From Chrysochromulina tobinii (Eukaryota): 37,513 bases of DNA. Positions 21,527 through 30,931 of this stretch are shown here, piece by piece. Each line of letters starts with the position of its first letter. Position 1 is the first letter of the stretch. The notes beneath the pieces are model-generated. The model worked only from the letters and a program-made list of their open reading frames with translations, had not been told where the DNA came from and did not search any database. The position numbers and the translations under genes are program-made. The stretch spans positions 1-37,513 of the forward strand of contig JWZX01002932.1 in the NCBI GenBank assembly GCA_001275005.1. The letters are read 5' to 3'.

Positions 21527-22561
21527 ATGAGTGCGGTCGCCATATTGGGTGTCTTCTTTCTGCTGATGGGCGTGTTCCACCAGCGCCGATCTCACGCCGG
21601 CTTGCTGCCTCAGTATCCGATGAAGCGCCGGCTGGAGGCGTCTGGGTCTGCTCTTCCTGCATTCGCCATATCTGTAAGCGGCGCAAGCCGTAGTCCGGCA
21701 GTGCTCAAGAGCTTTGCATCGTCGCTTCTCCGCCATGTCATCCGACCGGCGTCGACAACGTACGGCTTCCACGCGCTGGTGTGGATGCAAGACTCGGACG
21801 CTGAGATGATGCTGTGCAATTTGCTGGAAGCGGACGTGACGCTCTGCCTCACGCGGCAGATGGCAGTCATGACCCTGCCCTCCGGTTCCAAAGGTGAACA
21901 GGACGAAGCCGCAGCCATTGCCGCCGACCATCCCAAGGAGGCGTACGGCGCTGCATGGATCGAGGACATGAGTTTCAATACTCTGCGCATGCTCCATAAG
22001 CTGCGCGGCGTCGAGTACCTTCGAGAGCGCGCTCTCGCGACCGCCACCGACGGATCCGCAGCTGCTGCCGGCCACATGTGGGTGCTGCGAGTGAGGCCCG
22101 ATATCGAGCTGCACTCGCGCCTGCCGCTCCCGCCGCCGCCGCACCCTCGCAAACTCGCGGCCGACGATACGCACGAAGGCGGGGGTGGCGGAGACGGCGA
22201 GCTCACGCCTGCGGTGAGCGCGACGGCCTTTGACGCGGCTGCTCGTCAACGACATTCAAATGTACTCATGCCATGGCTGTGCCATGCGGAGGCACTGTGC
22301 TCCGATCAGTGGATGCTGCTCTCGCCCGCCGCGTCCGCGCGCCTTGCCACCCTGTACGAGCCGTCGGTACTCCGGAAGACGATGAGCCTCTCGTCGCCTC
22401 CCAGCCTGTATCCGGAACGGCTGGTGTGGAAACTTCTTACGACGGCCTACACCGTCACGCCCCTGCCGAGCGCGCCGGAGCACCACTTGCTGGCTGCTGA
22501 CGGCATCGAGCGCGACGCGTACGCGAAGCTCAAAAGGGACTTTCCGAGCTGCTTCCGTTAG
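21527..22561 (+). CDS. Type II membrane protein with RxRPD motif (putative glycosyltransferase-like)
   Basis: N-terminal hydrophobic anchor AVAILGVFFLLMGVF, then RMLHKLRGV...WVLRVRPDI...SDQW...YPERLV, a pattern seen in uncharacterised GT-A-like proteins. Confidence 0.6.
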   Translation: MSAVAILGVFFLLMGVFHQRRSHAGLLPQYPMKRRLEASGSALPAFAISVSGASRSPAVLKSFASSLLRHVIRPASTTYGFHALVWMQDSDAEMMLCNLLEADVTLCLTRQMAVMTLPSGSKGEQDEAAAIAADHPKEAYGAAWIEDMSFNTLRMLHKLRGVEYLRERALATATDGSAAAAGHMWVLRVRPDIELHSRLPLPPPPHPRKLAADDTHEGGGGGDGELTPAVSATAFDAAARQRHSNVLMPWLCHAEALCSDQWMLLSPAASARLATLYEPSVLRKTMSLSSPPSLYPERLVWKLLTTAYTVTPLPSAPEHHLLAADGIERDAYAKLKRDFPSCFR

Positions 22562-22791
22562 ACGGAGGCCATCTCGGTAGACGTGGAGGCCCCGCCGGGC
22601 CTCCAACCGGAACCGGAACGACGATGCCGGGGTAACAAGTTGAGCAGTGAATCAGCTGTTAACGTTTGTTTCCTGTTACTCGAGTCCCGCGGACGTCTTT
22701 AGACCATGCTCTCGAGGGTTTTTTCTCGGGCCCATTCAGCTCACAACAGGTGTCCGCGGGACCGAAGGGGCCGGGGACCCTCGATACAAGC

Positions 22792-23343
22792 TCACAACAA
22801 CGGTCCAGCCGCATACTCTGCCTTCATGGGTTGCTCCGCCTTTAGCGCCTCCAGTCGTCGGCGAAGCTCCTCAATCCCACGCCCAGATCCCGCTGGACTG
22901 AAAGCCGCAGCGGAAGGCGGCGCGTGATCCTTCGCACTACGAGCATGGCTGCCGTCGTTTGCCGGCCGTTGATTAGCACTCAAACTCAGCACTCCAGCAG
23001 CCTCCGATGGCGCAGCCATGGTGGCGATCACGTCCGGCCCCACCGAGGCAACGGCAGAATCGGGGCGCTCGCCTCGGGTCGCATAAGACCACTCGTCGGC
23101 CGACCACTCGCTGGCGCTCGAGGAACTCTCGCTCGTGCAGGTGCGAGCAGAGCAAGGCGTCAGCGGCTTGTCGTCCATCGCGCTTGTCCTCACGCGTCGC
23201 GGCGCATGCTCGATGGCCTGCTGCTTGAGCTGTCGGAGTTGATGCACGTGCGAGCGCGCCGAGCCGGGGTGCACGTGCGAGCGCCAGCCGCCATCGTGGG
23301 CGGCGGCAGTCACGCCTCTCTTGATACTCAAGTCCGGCAACAT
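22792..23343 (-). CDS. Hypothetical protein
   Basis: Open frame from MLPDLSIK with an amphipathic C-terminal helix IEELRRRLEALK. No domain recognised. Confidence 0.35.
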   Translation of the reverse strand: MLPDLSIKRGVTAAAHDGGWRSHVHPGSARSHVHQLRQLKQQAIEHAPRRVRTSAMDDKPLTPCSARTCTSESSSSASEWSADEWSYATRGERPDSAVASVGPDVIATMAAPSEAAGVLSLSANQRPANDGSHARSAKDHAPPSAAAFSPAGSGRGIEELRRRLEALKAEQPMKAEYAAGPLL

Positions 23344-23486
23344 CGATGCGAAAAGGTAAAACCGCCTTGTGGGGAAAATGGCGCTCGCAGAATGTGAAAC
23401 CACTTTCACTTGTTTCACAAATTTTTGAGGCCTGAAACCGAGCAGAGTTCCTGATCTGAATTGAATTGGCTTGACTTGACTTATTA

Positions 23487-23647
23487 CTGAGTCGGCCGCT
23501 GATTCGGTCGTCTCGCGGTCGCTCGGGTGCCGTGCCCCGACCCCCGTGCGGGTTGGGAACTTGGGATGGTTGTGAGGTTCGTCTGTGTCACTGTGTGATG
23601 CGTGTGCCCGTGTGTGTCCCGGCTCCTCCGGTGTCTTTTTACCGGTA
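23487..23647 (+). repeat. Dispersed non-coding repeat family, copy 3
   Basis: CTGAGTCGGCCGC...GTGCGGGTTG...GGATGGTTGTGAGGTTCGTCTGTG...CCCGTGTGTGTCCCGGCTCCTCCGGTGTCTTTTTACCGGTA is collinear with 434-605. Confidence 0.85.
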
Positions 23648-23753
23648 GCTTTTCAAACACCACGAGAGCGTTTTCAACTCTCTGATGCCCCACAGGAACC
23701 GAAAGTTCGCTTTTCCGAGTCATTTCTTGCCCACGTTCATCTTCGGGAGGGTC

Positions 23754-24824
23754 ATGCTCTCCGGCCGCGTGTGCGAGTGGGTTGCACGTAAGAATGATCA
23801 CGCGAATGACCCATTTGCCAATCTCGGTGAGCTGCCATCGCCGGCTGCCCAGGGGATTGGAGCGGCAACTGCGTCTGCAGCAGGCACGATTGTTGCAAAG
23901 TCTGATCGCATCCAGAAGGCAAACAACAGAGTATACATACCCGTGCAGGATTGCAACGCTTCCCTTTTCATACTGTCTGAAAAGCGATGGCGATGAGCGC
24001 GCGGAGAACAGCTTTGGTACCACGTCGCTGGCATACGAGATGCGGCGTGGTGCTACCCTGAGCCTGCGCCTGGCAGGGAAAACTTGCGGAATCACGTCAC
24101 CTTCGCCACTGGCAAGGGCATCCTCGTGAAAGAGCATGGCGACGCGATACATGACAGCGCCGCGCCAAACAACCCGTTTGAGGCGCGGCGCTCGAGACCC
24201 ATCGTCGTCGCTGGCTTCGGCACAGCTCTGCAGGCAGTTTCTCCCTCGAAGCCGCCGCCGATGACGCCATTGGCAGCGCTGCCGCCATCACTGCGTGACG
24301 GATCTGCCAGCGAAGGCACGTTGCTCACATTTGATCCGACGCGCTTCTCGTCGCGTTTTCTGCGCCTCGAGACCCCCACACGTGTGGCATGCCATACCAA
24401 CTGCAGCCAGTCTACTCAGGGCACAGCATTCCTCACTCCCGCCATCCGCGGCGGCGAGGCCGTGACGCTGAGGATCCGGTGCAATGCCAAGCCGGGCAGG
24501 ATGCGCTACTTTATAGGCTGCGCACCGGCGCCCTTCGACGTGGACGCTGGTCAGGCCGCGGTCCAGGCGTCGGGCTACTCGCTTGAGAACCTGAAGGCTG
24601 GGCCCAACTGCCCGGCTCAGCCGTGCGGCGGCTCGGCGCCGCCGTGCTTCCATACGGGTAGCGTGGTCACAATGTGGATCGACCTCCAGACCTCGCCTGG
24701 CAGCGTGCGCTGGGAGGTTGACACCACTGGCGTGGTGCACACCGTCAGAGTCGACCCGAATACGCCCGAGCTGTTCGCCTTTGTGAGCTTGTACAATCGC
24801 GAGGCAGTCTTCGAGCTCATGTAA
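23754..24824 (+). CDS. DUF427 + B30.2/SPRY-like protein with in-frame TGA (23994-23996) at the conserved Cys: candidate selenoprotein
   Basis: ORFs 23685-23996 and 24084-24824 share a frame, separated only by one TGA: IVAKSDRIQKANNRVYIPVQDCNASLFILSEKRWR*ARGEQLWYHVAGIRDAAWCYPEPAPGRENLRNHVTFATGKG (DUF427 pattern). C-terminal FHTGSVVTMWIDL...LFAFVSLY is SPRY-like. The start may be 23685. Confidence 0.75.
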
Positions 24825-25131
24825 GGTCGGGTGAGAAAGCGTCTGGCCCCGTCCGCCCCCGGTCGCGACGCCCCTCTACCCGTTTACTTTACTTTATAAG
24901 TGCTGCCGTGGTAGTAGTACATAGGTACCGGTACGCAAGGGATCCGATAAATAACACGATGACTCCACGCCACACTCCATAGCGCATAGGCACCGCAGTG
25001 CGTCTGCGCTCTCAACAGTCACGTCACCCGGCACACAGGCGGCCCCAGTGACTTATCCCCCCGGAGCAACGGAGATGATGAGGGAGGTCATACATTCGAG
25101 TTGCCAGTGGCCCGCAGCCCTGCAGGTGCAG

Positions 25132-25319
25132 TATGCCCCCGTGGGTTCGAGGCCGACACTGGTACAGCAGACGTTTCCCTATGCCCCCGTGGGTTCGAGG
25201 CCGCCACCCGACACTCTCAGTCTCTCACGCCTGAGCCGGAAGTTCCGGCAGGACGCCGCCGTGACCGATCCAACCGAGTCCGAGACTTGCGTTCGGTGGC
25301 ATAGGGAAACGTCTGCTGT
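25132..25319. repeat. 24-bp direct repeat (25132-25155, 25180-25203) enclosing an inverted copy (25164-25185) of 25298-25319
   Basis: TATGCCCCCGTGGGTTCGAGGCCG occurs twice. ACAGCAGACGTTTCCCTATGCC is the exact reverse complement of GGCATAGGGAAACGTCTGCTGT. Confidence 0.9.
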
Positions 25320-28300
25320 GCCCTGTGTCGCCGAGTGTGGGGAGAGGGCTGCTTGAGAGCGGCGGCCGCGGGCCGCGCGGCGAGACAGGCTGCGAATGCG
25401 ACCGCTCCGACAATGCGGAGCTGCGCGGCGGCCGTCGCGGCTGCAGCTGGAGCCGAGGGCTTCGCATGCCACCCCGAGAGACGCGCGACGAAGACGGAGA
25501 CGCGGGCACCGATTGCGCGCCGAATGGGGCCGGGGCGGTGGCGGGGCCGGTGGCGATGGCGGTGGCGGGGGCGTAATCGGGCCTCGAAGTAGCGGAGGCC
25601 GTGGACGCATACGACGTGTCTACGAGCGTGTACCCCGTCCAAGATCCTACACTTCGGCGGGGGGGGTCGTGCTCGTAGACGCTCTCGTAGACGTTGCCGA
25701 GGGGATCACGCCACACAGCGGATGTCGTCACGCTCGAGCCTACAGGCGAGGGCGGGCGCGTGAACTCTGACGCGTGATCTCTGTGCGAGTCTGACGCGGC
25801 GTCTCGCGATTCTGACTTGGTGCTTGGTCGGAAGAGCGTCCCGTCTGGTCCCACAGCGCCATCGTACAGCGTGGTGTCGGTGGTGTATTGGCTCTTGACA
25901 TGGCGCTGCTGCCAGCGTGGCTCGTACCAACGCGGCTCGCTCGTCTCGGTCGAAGTTCCGGGCAATCTCCATGCAGCTCGGTCCTCTGCGTGTTGCATCC
26001 ACTCGGGCACGGGCGGGCCCAAGCCTCGAGGAGAAGACGAGTTTCGTGCTGGAGGGACTGGAAGCGAAGGCGGCACCGAGGGTGGATTGCGTGGCGGGCG
26101 CGCGACGCCCGGGCAGCCGGCCCCGCTGATCGGCAGCTTGATCGGCAGCGGCCGCATCAGGGGCATAGCGGGGCCCAGCTGCGAGCGGTGAGGGTCGAGG
26201 ACTGTGGGAATCGACGGGGGCGGCGAGCGCCGACCGGGGCCGCGTGGGGCAATGGCCTGGAACCGGCCCTGTCGCCCTACCGTAGGCGTCACCCATGCTG
26301 TCGTGAACTGATTCGCTACGTCCGCCGGGGTCAGCTGTTCGATCGCCTCCGCGGCGCGCGCGTCAAACTCGCGGGAGTAGACGTCCTCCTTGTAGCTCGC
26401 ACTCGATCGGATTGCATTGTACCACGAGCCGCCGGCCGCCGAGGAAGTGCGCGCGCTCTGCACGGCACTCTCGCACAGCACCGCTGATGACGTGAGGGAC
26501 GCGCTCATGCCAAACGAGACGTCGTGGGTCCCCATGTGCGACCTCTCGCTGCCGCCGTAGCCGTAGCCAGAGCCCTCAACAAAGGATGTCGTGTTGGAGC
26601 TTGGTCTCGTGGGTGGTGGCGGGCGCCGCTCGTCAAGGAAGGCAAGGTACTGGGTGATGGGGGATGGGACGACGCCGAGCGAGTCGCTCGGCGGGGAGGG
26701 CTCGATGGGGATGGGCGAGCCACGCCGCGGTAGCAGGTTCATGGGTGCAGCCGCTATGAGCATTTTGGCATGCCGCGGACCACCGCCGCCAGCGGCCACC
26801 GCGCTCGCGCCGCTGCTGTTGCTCGACTGGAGAAGCTCGGGAGCACCGCCCTCGAGCGCTGCATCGGCCGCAGTAGCGCCGGCTGAGTCGTGGGCGCCCT
26901 CGACGCGCGCGCCCACCTCACGCTGAGAATGATCAGTCCTCCCGATCGCAAAGGCGCGCGGCGTCATGCGATGCACGTGCTCGTTGCAGTCCTTGGCTCC
27001 GACGGCCAGCTTAAAGTACGGCTGGCTCAGCTGTAGCGACGGGTGACGTTCGAACCAGCTCGAGTCCATCACGTGTGGTGCGACGGCGAGGAAGCCATCG
27101 CCAAACTGCACAAACTCATCGCCATGCAGGTGGCGCACGCCTATGCGCTCGAGCTGCACCTTGGTGAAGTCGCGCACGCCGTAGCCGAGCGCCGAGATAA
27201 GCAGCTTGTTGCGCAGCTCGCGCCCGGTGGTTGGGCGCATCTCGATACCAGTCCAATTCAGGGTCTCGTAGCGCTGCCAGTACTCATCCATGGGCGACGG
27301 TACGACGACTCTCGCGCGGCGGGGGGGCATGGCCGACATGTTGGTGTGCGACGAGCGGGTAGAGCAAGCACTGCGCCCTCGCAATGGCACATGGTTGCCG
27401 TCCAGGGCGAATTCGACAGATGGGGGGCTCTGGGGACGGGATGCCTCTACCCGCGACTGGGGACGGGATGCCTCTACCCGCGACTGGGGACGGGATGCCT
27501 CCACCCGCGAGCCGACCTCACCCGACCCCTCGCCTACAGCCTCGTGACTCAAGCGAGGCTGCATGTGGATCGTGCGGCGGTTCGACTGGCGAGAGGGTAG
27601 GCGGGATGATGACGTCGAGCCCTCCTTAGACGACGTGTGATCTACGGGCGGCATGTCAGACGGCGGCGGCTCGGGCCGAGGCCCACCGCGCGACGGCGGT
27701 GGGCTGAGCGTGCTGCCTCGCGAGCTACCGCGCGAGTCAGGCCGTGAAGAGCCCGGCCGCGGGGGGGTGCGCGAGCGTTGCGGGCGCGATGACGCGGGTC
27801 GTGAGGTGGGAGTCTTCGGCCTTCCGACCACCATCGGCCAGTCGGTCGCGGGGGCAGGAGCCGAAGCCTCCTCAACCGCATCTGCAGTGGCAAGGCGTAT
27901 TAAGGTGAAGGTTGCCTGCTGCCCCTCGCTGCTGCCGTCGGTGAACATCTTGACGGGCTTCTCGCGTGTGATCTCGTTGTCGTTGACGGCGATGACCCGG
28001 TCGCCCAGGGCGACCTTACGCATCGTCCGAGGCGCATCGTCCGTCTTGATGCCCGTCACCACGTTTTCGCTGTCCACAGTCAACCCAAAGCCGTCCGGGT
28101 AGCGCCAAGTGAGAGTGATCTTGAAGGGCCGTCCGGCGCCCGGCAGCTCCAATTTTGAAGGATCAAAGATGCCCTCACCACCCGTATAACTTTCCAAGAA
28201 GGAGCGTCTTTTCCCGGTCAGTGGGCGCGAGGTCAACATCAGCAACTCGACGGGAGCAGAGGCTTCGGCTTCGGCAGCAGGGGCGGAAGAGGCGCTTGGC

Positions 28301-29982
28301 TCGCATCGACTGTCGCCTTCTCCAACCACGCCACCTGCGCCGACACCTCTGCTACTCCCGGGGCGTGGCTTCCCTAGAATTGGCTGCTCCAAGCCCTCAG
28401 GCCACCAATCGTCGTAGTCGTCATCGGCGCGCGTAGCCTTCGCCTCGGCTCCCGGGGCGGCATCCTTCACGGGCGCGAGGGACTCGGAGTCCTCGGCGCC
28501 GCTCTTTTGGAGCCCTCCATGGTGCCGTTCGACAAAGGCTCGCACCTCCGTCTCCAGGTGGAAAGCATCGATCCCCGTATGCTTATGGCAGAGCTGCAGT
28601 ATAAACTCGTGCCGGTCCGGAAGTGGCATCGCGACAAACCGCCCCCAGTCGTCCTCTGTTAATGAATCAAGCACATCCTGCAGCTTGCCCGGTAGGCCGT
28701 CGCGCAGCGCCCAAAACTGAAGCCGGCCGCGCGCGCCCGGCGTGCCGCCTTCCCTATGCCTCACTTCTCGTTCCACCTTAACTGCGGCCACCGTTCTTTT
28801 GGCGAGCCTGCCGCGGCTAATATTCTGAATCTTCTGCGCGGCCTGCTGTCGTTCCTCCTTCTCCTTGCGCGCCTTCTTGCCTCGCACCTTGGCCTGCACC
28901 TTGCTCGCCGCCGCGCGCTTCTGCTGGCTGCTCCCCACGCTCTTGGCAGCCTTCTGGCGGTAGTTAACCTCCTCCTCTTCCTCCTCCTCCTCCTCCACCT
29001 CAGCCTTTTGGCGCTTTGCCTTTGGTGGCGGTGGCGTCACCTCCGCCGTACCAGTCGGTGCCGGTGGTGGAGGCGGCGGCGCCTCCTCCTCCTCTTCATC
29101 AAAAGTCTCGTCAAACACGCAAGCGGCCTCATCCTTCCAGACAAAGGTCATCATGATGACGTTGCCGTTGGCGTCCGTCACCGGGTACGATACGGTCACT
29201 GTTCCAAAGAGCATCCACAGGAAGGCCGCGTACTCATGCCCGCTGATTCCCGCCGTCCACGTGTCTGCAAGCTCAAAGAAGGCGTCCATAAAGCGCTTGC
29301 GTGAGAGGGTGGGCGCGCCTTTCGAGTCGTTCTTCCAGTCCTCGGCAATCGTCTTCTCCGCATCCACTGGGTCGAAGTTCTTGATCATGACGCGGTAGAT
29401 GCGGCGCAGCATGATTGCATGCCCCTCCTGGTGTAGCTCGTTAGCATTTGGATCGCCTCCCGAGTGCAAGCTGCGTTGTGCGGCCTCCCAGAAAGCTTGC
29501 AATGCCTCGAGCACGCGCCGGTCGTGCCGGAGCTTCTGCCGCTCACGCATCTTCTCTTCCGTGGCCAGGCTGGCGTCGCCCTGCTGCCACATCTCGAGCT
29601 TCTCAAGATCCGCCTCCGACTCTACGACGGTTGTGACTGTGCCGCTCGCCATGCTCTCCTCTTCGGCGGTAAGCGCCTTCTTCACCTTTGTATCGAAGCC
29701 CAAGGAGCGCAGGATGGCTTCACCGTGTTTCGCACCCGCGCGAAGCTTGGCCATGTACCGGTCGTGGTTTGAGCTTTTTGTTTCACTCTTGCCCCAGGCG
29801 GCCAAGGCGCCCTTTCCTCCAAGCGCGACGCTAGACGTCAGCCGGCGCTTCATCTTAGCGAGCGACCGTGCAAAGTTTGAGACCTTATGCCATCGCAGGC
29901 CCGCCTTTGATACTGGGCGAGGGCCAGCACCTGAAGCAGCAGTGGCGGCGGCAGTCGCACCCTGTTGGCGTGCTGGACCCAT
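25225..29982 (-). CDS. Large protein with EF-hand-like region, two IQ motifs, PDZ domain and long low-complexity C-terminus
   Basis: Uninterrupted ~1585-aa frame. TLSRKRFMDAFFELADTWT..EYAAFLWMLF; IQ motifs AASKVQAKVRGKKARK and AAQKIQNISRGRLAKR; PDZ GFGLTVDSENVVTGI...VALGDRVIAVNDNEI. In-frame introns or upstream exons cannot be excluded. Confidence 0.75.
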   Translation of the reverse strand: MGPARQQGATAAATAASGAGPRPVSKAGLRWHKVSNFARSLAKMKRRLTSSVALGGKGALAAWGKSETKSSNHDRYMAKLRAGAKHGEAILRSLGFDTKVKKALTAEEESMASGTVTTVVESEADLEKLEMWQQGDASLATEEKMRERQKLRHDRRVLEALQAFWEAAQRSLHSGGDPNANELHQEGHAIMLRRIYRVMIKNFDPVDAEKTIAEDWKNDSKGAPTLSRKRFMDAFFELADTWTAGISGHEYAAFLWMLFGTVTVSYPVTDANGNVIMMTFVWKDEAACVFDETFDEEEEEAPPPPPPAPTGTAEVTPPPPKAKRQKAEVEEEEEEEEEVNYRQKAAKSVGSSQQKRAAASKVQAKVRGKKARKEKEERQQAAQKIQNISRGRLAKRTVAAVKVEREVRHREGGTPGARGRLQFWALRDGLPGKLQDVLDSLTEDDWGRFVAMPLPDRHEFILQLCHKHTGIDAFHLETEVRAFVERHHGGLQKSGAEDSESLAPVKDAAPGAEAKATRADDDYDDWWPEGLEQPILGKPRPGSSRGVGAGGVVGEGDSRCEPSASSAPAAEAEASAPVELLMLTSRPLTGKRRSFLESYTGGEGIFDPSKLELPGAGRPFKITLTWRYPDGFGLTVDSENVVTGIKTDDAPRTMRKVALGDRVIAVNDNEITREKPVKMFTDGSSEGQQATFTLIRLATADAVEEASAPAPATDWPMVVGRPKTPTSRPASSRPQRSRTPPRPGSSRPDSRGSSRGSTLSPPPSRGGPRPEPPPSDMPPVDHTSSKEGSTSSSRLPSRQSNRRTIHMQPRLSHEAVGEGSGEVGSRVEASRPQSRVEASRPQSRVEASRPQSPPSVEFALDGNHVPLRGRSACSTRSSHTNMSAMPPRRARVVVPSPMDEYWQRYETLNWTGIEMRPTTGRELRNKLLISALGYGVRDFTKVQLERIGVRHLHGDEFVQFGDGFLAVAPHVMDSSWFERHPSLQLSQPYFKLAVGAKDCNEHVHRMTPRAFAIGRTDHSQREVGARVEGAHDSAGATAADAALEGGAPELLQSSNSSGASAVAAGGGGPRHAKMLIAAAPMNLLPRRGSPIPIEPSPPSDSLGVVPSPITQYLAFLDERRPPPPTRPSSNTTSFVEGSGYGYGGSERSHMGTHDVSFGMSASLTSSAVLCESAVQSARTSSAAGGSWYNAIRSSASYKEDVYSREFDARAAEAIEQLTPADVANQFTTAWVTPTVGRQGRFQAIAPRGPGRRSPPPSIPTVLDPHRSQLGPAMPLMRPLPIKLPISGAGCPGVARPPRNPPSVPPSLPVPPARNSSSPRGLGPPVPEWMQHAEDRAAWRLPGTSTETSEPRWYEPRWQQRHVKSQYTTDTTLYDGAVGPDGTLFRPSTKSESRDAASDSHRDHASEFTRPPSPVGSSVTTSAVWRDPLGNVYESVYEHDPPRRSVGSWTGYTLVDTSYASTASATSRPDYAPATAIATGPATAPAPFGAQSVPASPSSSRVSRGGMRSPRLQLQPRRPPRSSALSERSHSQPVSPRGPRPPLSSSPLPTLGDTGHSRRFPMPPNASLGLGWIGHGGVLPELPAQA
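27430..27511 (-). repeat. Coding tandem repeat, 27-bp unit x3 (SRVEASRPQ)
   Basis: GGGACGGGATGCCTCTACCCGCGACTG repeated three times on the + strand. Confidence 0.85.
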
Positions 29983-30175
29983 CCTTCGGTGTGCAAGCCT
30001 TTCCACACGAAAAGATCTGCGGTGTCACCTCTGACGAGCCGATTGGAGGCAAACCTCTTGCCACTGCTGAAGTCTCGTCGAGCGTACTGCCGCCCGTGTC
30101 GTCCGCGTGGTCTTGTCGTTGCGGACGCGGCTCACCGTCGCAAAATAGAACGACAAGGCGACTTCAAAGAAACGC

Positions 30176-30207
30176 TACCGGTACAGTACTGTACCGGTAA
30201 AAAGACA
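30176..30207 (-). repeat. 24-bp perfect palindrome fused to a terminal fragment of the dispersed repeat
   Basis: TACCGGTACAGTACTGTACCGGTA (30176-30199) is self-complementary. TACCGGTAAAAAGACA is the reverse complement of the repeat end TGTCTTTTTACCGGTA. Confidence 0.8.
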
Positions 30208-30931
30208 ACGCTACCGGGTACCGGTCAACTTTCGCACTCGCGTTCATGCGCGTTGACACGACCTCTTCGCTACTGGTCCTATTGCTTGGAGCCCTTTCGC
30301 TTTTGGAGCTTTGGTCAGTCCCTTCTTTCGAAGAACGCCCGTGCGCTCGACGTGTGTGGTGACTTTATACTTATTTGAGATGTGATGGCCAAAGGCTCCG
30401 CTCGGTGGACCGCCTACCCGCTACCGCGCATCCACGCCGCGGAGGCGGTTGCCGGTACATCGAGCGAGTTGCCGAGATCGCTGTTCGGCGCATGTGTTTG
30501 GCATTGACCGGAGACCGTGTCAAGGGGAGACCGTAAGTGTAAGTAAGTAAGAAAGTGGCAGCGTACAGACGTGGCGAGGGGGATACCCAGGCATACAGGG
30601 CATGTCGTGTACGGTGTTATTGACCCATGACCGGAGACCGATATTCCCGATGTTCAACTTGAAGTTCAACATGATGTTGTATAGAATTTTCACATTTCAG
30701 AGACGCTCGCACATCACGGTGGTCTAGTCCAACTGGTTACGTGTCCTCGTGTCGACCGGGCCGGCGGTACCTCTAAATCCCACCGGTCGATGAATCGCTT
30801 GCGTTTTGTGTGTTCGCACGTGTCGACCAATGATCTATGATGTCGGACAGTGTTCGTGGAAGAGCGATGTAAGCGTGACGAGTGTTAATGAAGTGTGTAT
30901 CATGCCGTGCAAGCCTTCATCTCCGCAATTG

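Noticed and set aside
21205..21693. ORF 21205-21693 as a separate gene or read-through of the Tudor gene
   Set aside because: It is in a different frame from the Tudor ORF, overlaps the next gene's start, and has no motif.
22830..22880. IEELRRRLEALK as an ESCRT-III MIM1 motif
   Set aside because: A short generic amphipathic helix with no Snf7/IST1 core upstream.
23782..24129. ORF 23782-24129 as a bridge via two compensating frameshifts around the TGA
   Set aside because: The original frame continues through the TGA with DUF427-like sequence (DAAWCYPEP), so no frameshift is needed. The +1 frame has no recognisable motif.
25132..25210. GGTTCGA (tRNA T-loop/B-box-like) motif in the direct repeat
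   Set aside because: No cloverleaf, acceptor stem or correctly spaced A-box.
30715..30792. GGTGGTCTAGT...GGTTA resembling a tRNA D-arm, plus a TCGACCGG/CCGGTCGA stem
   Set aside because: No T-loop or acceptor stem. Not supportable as a tRNA or SINE.
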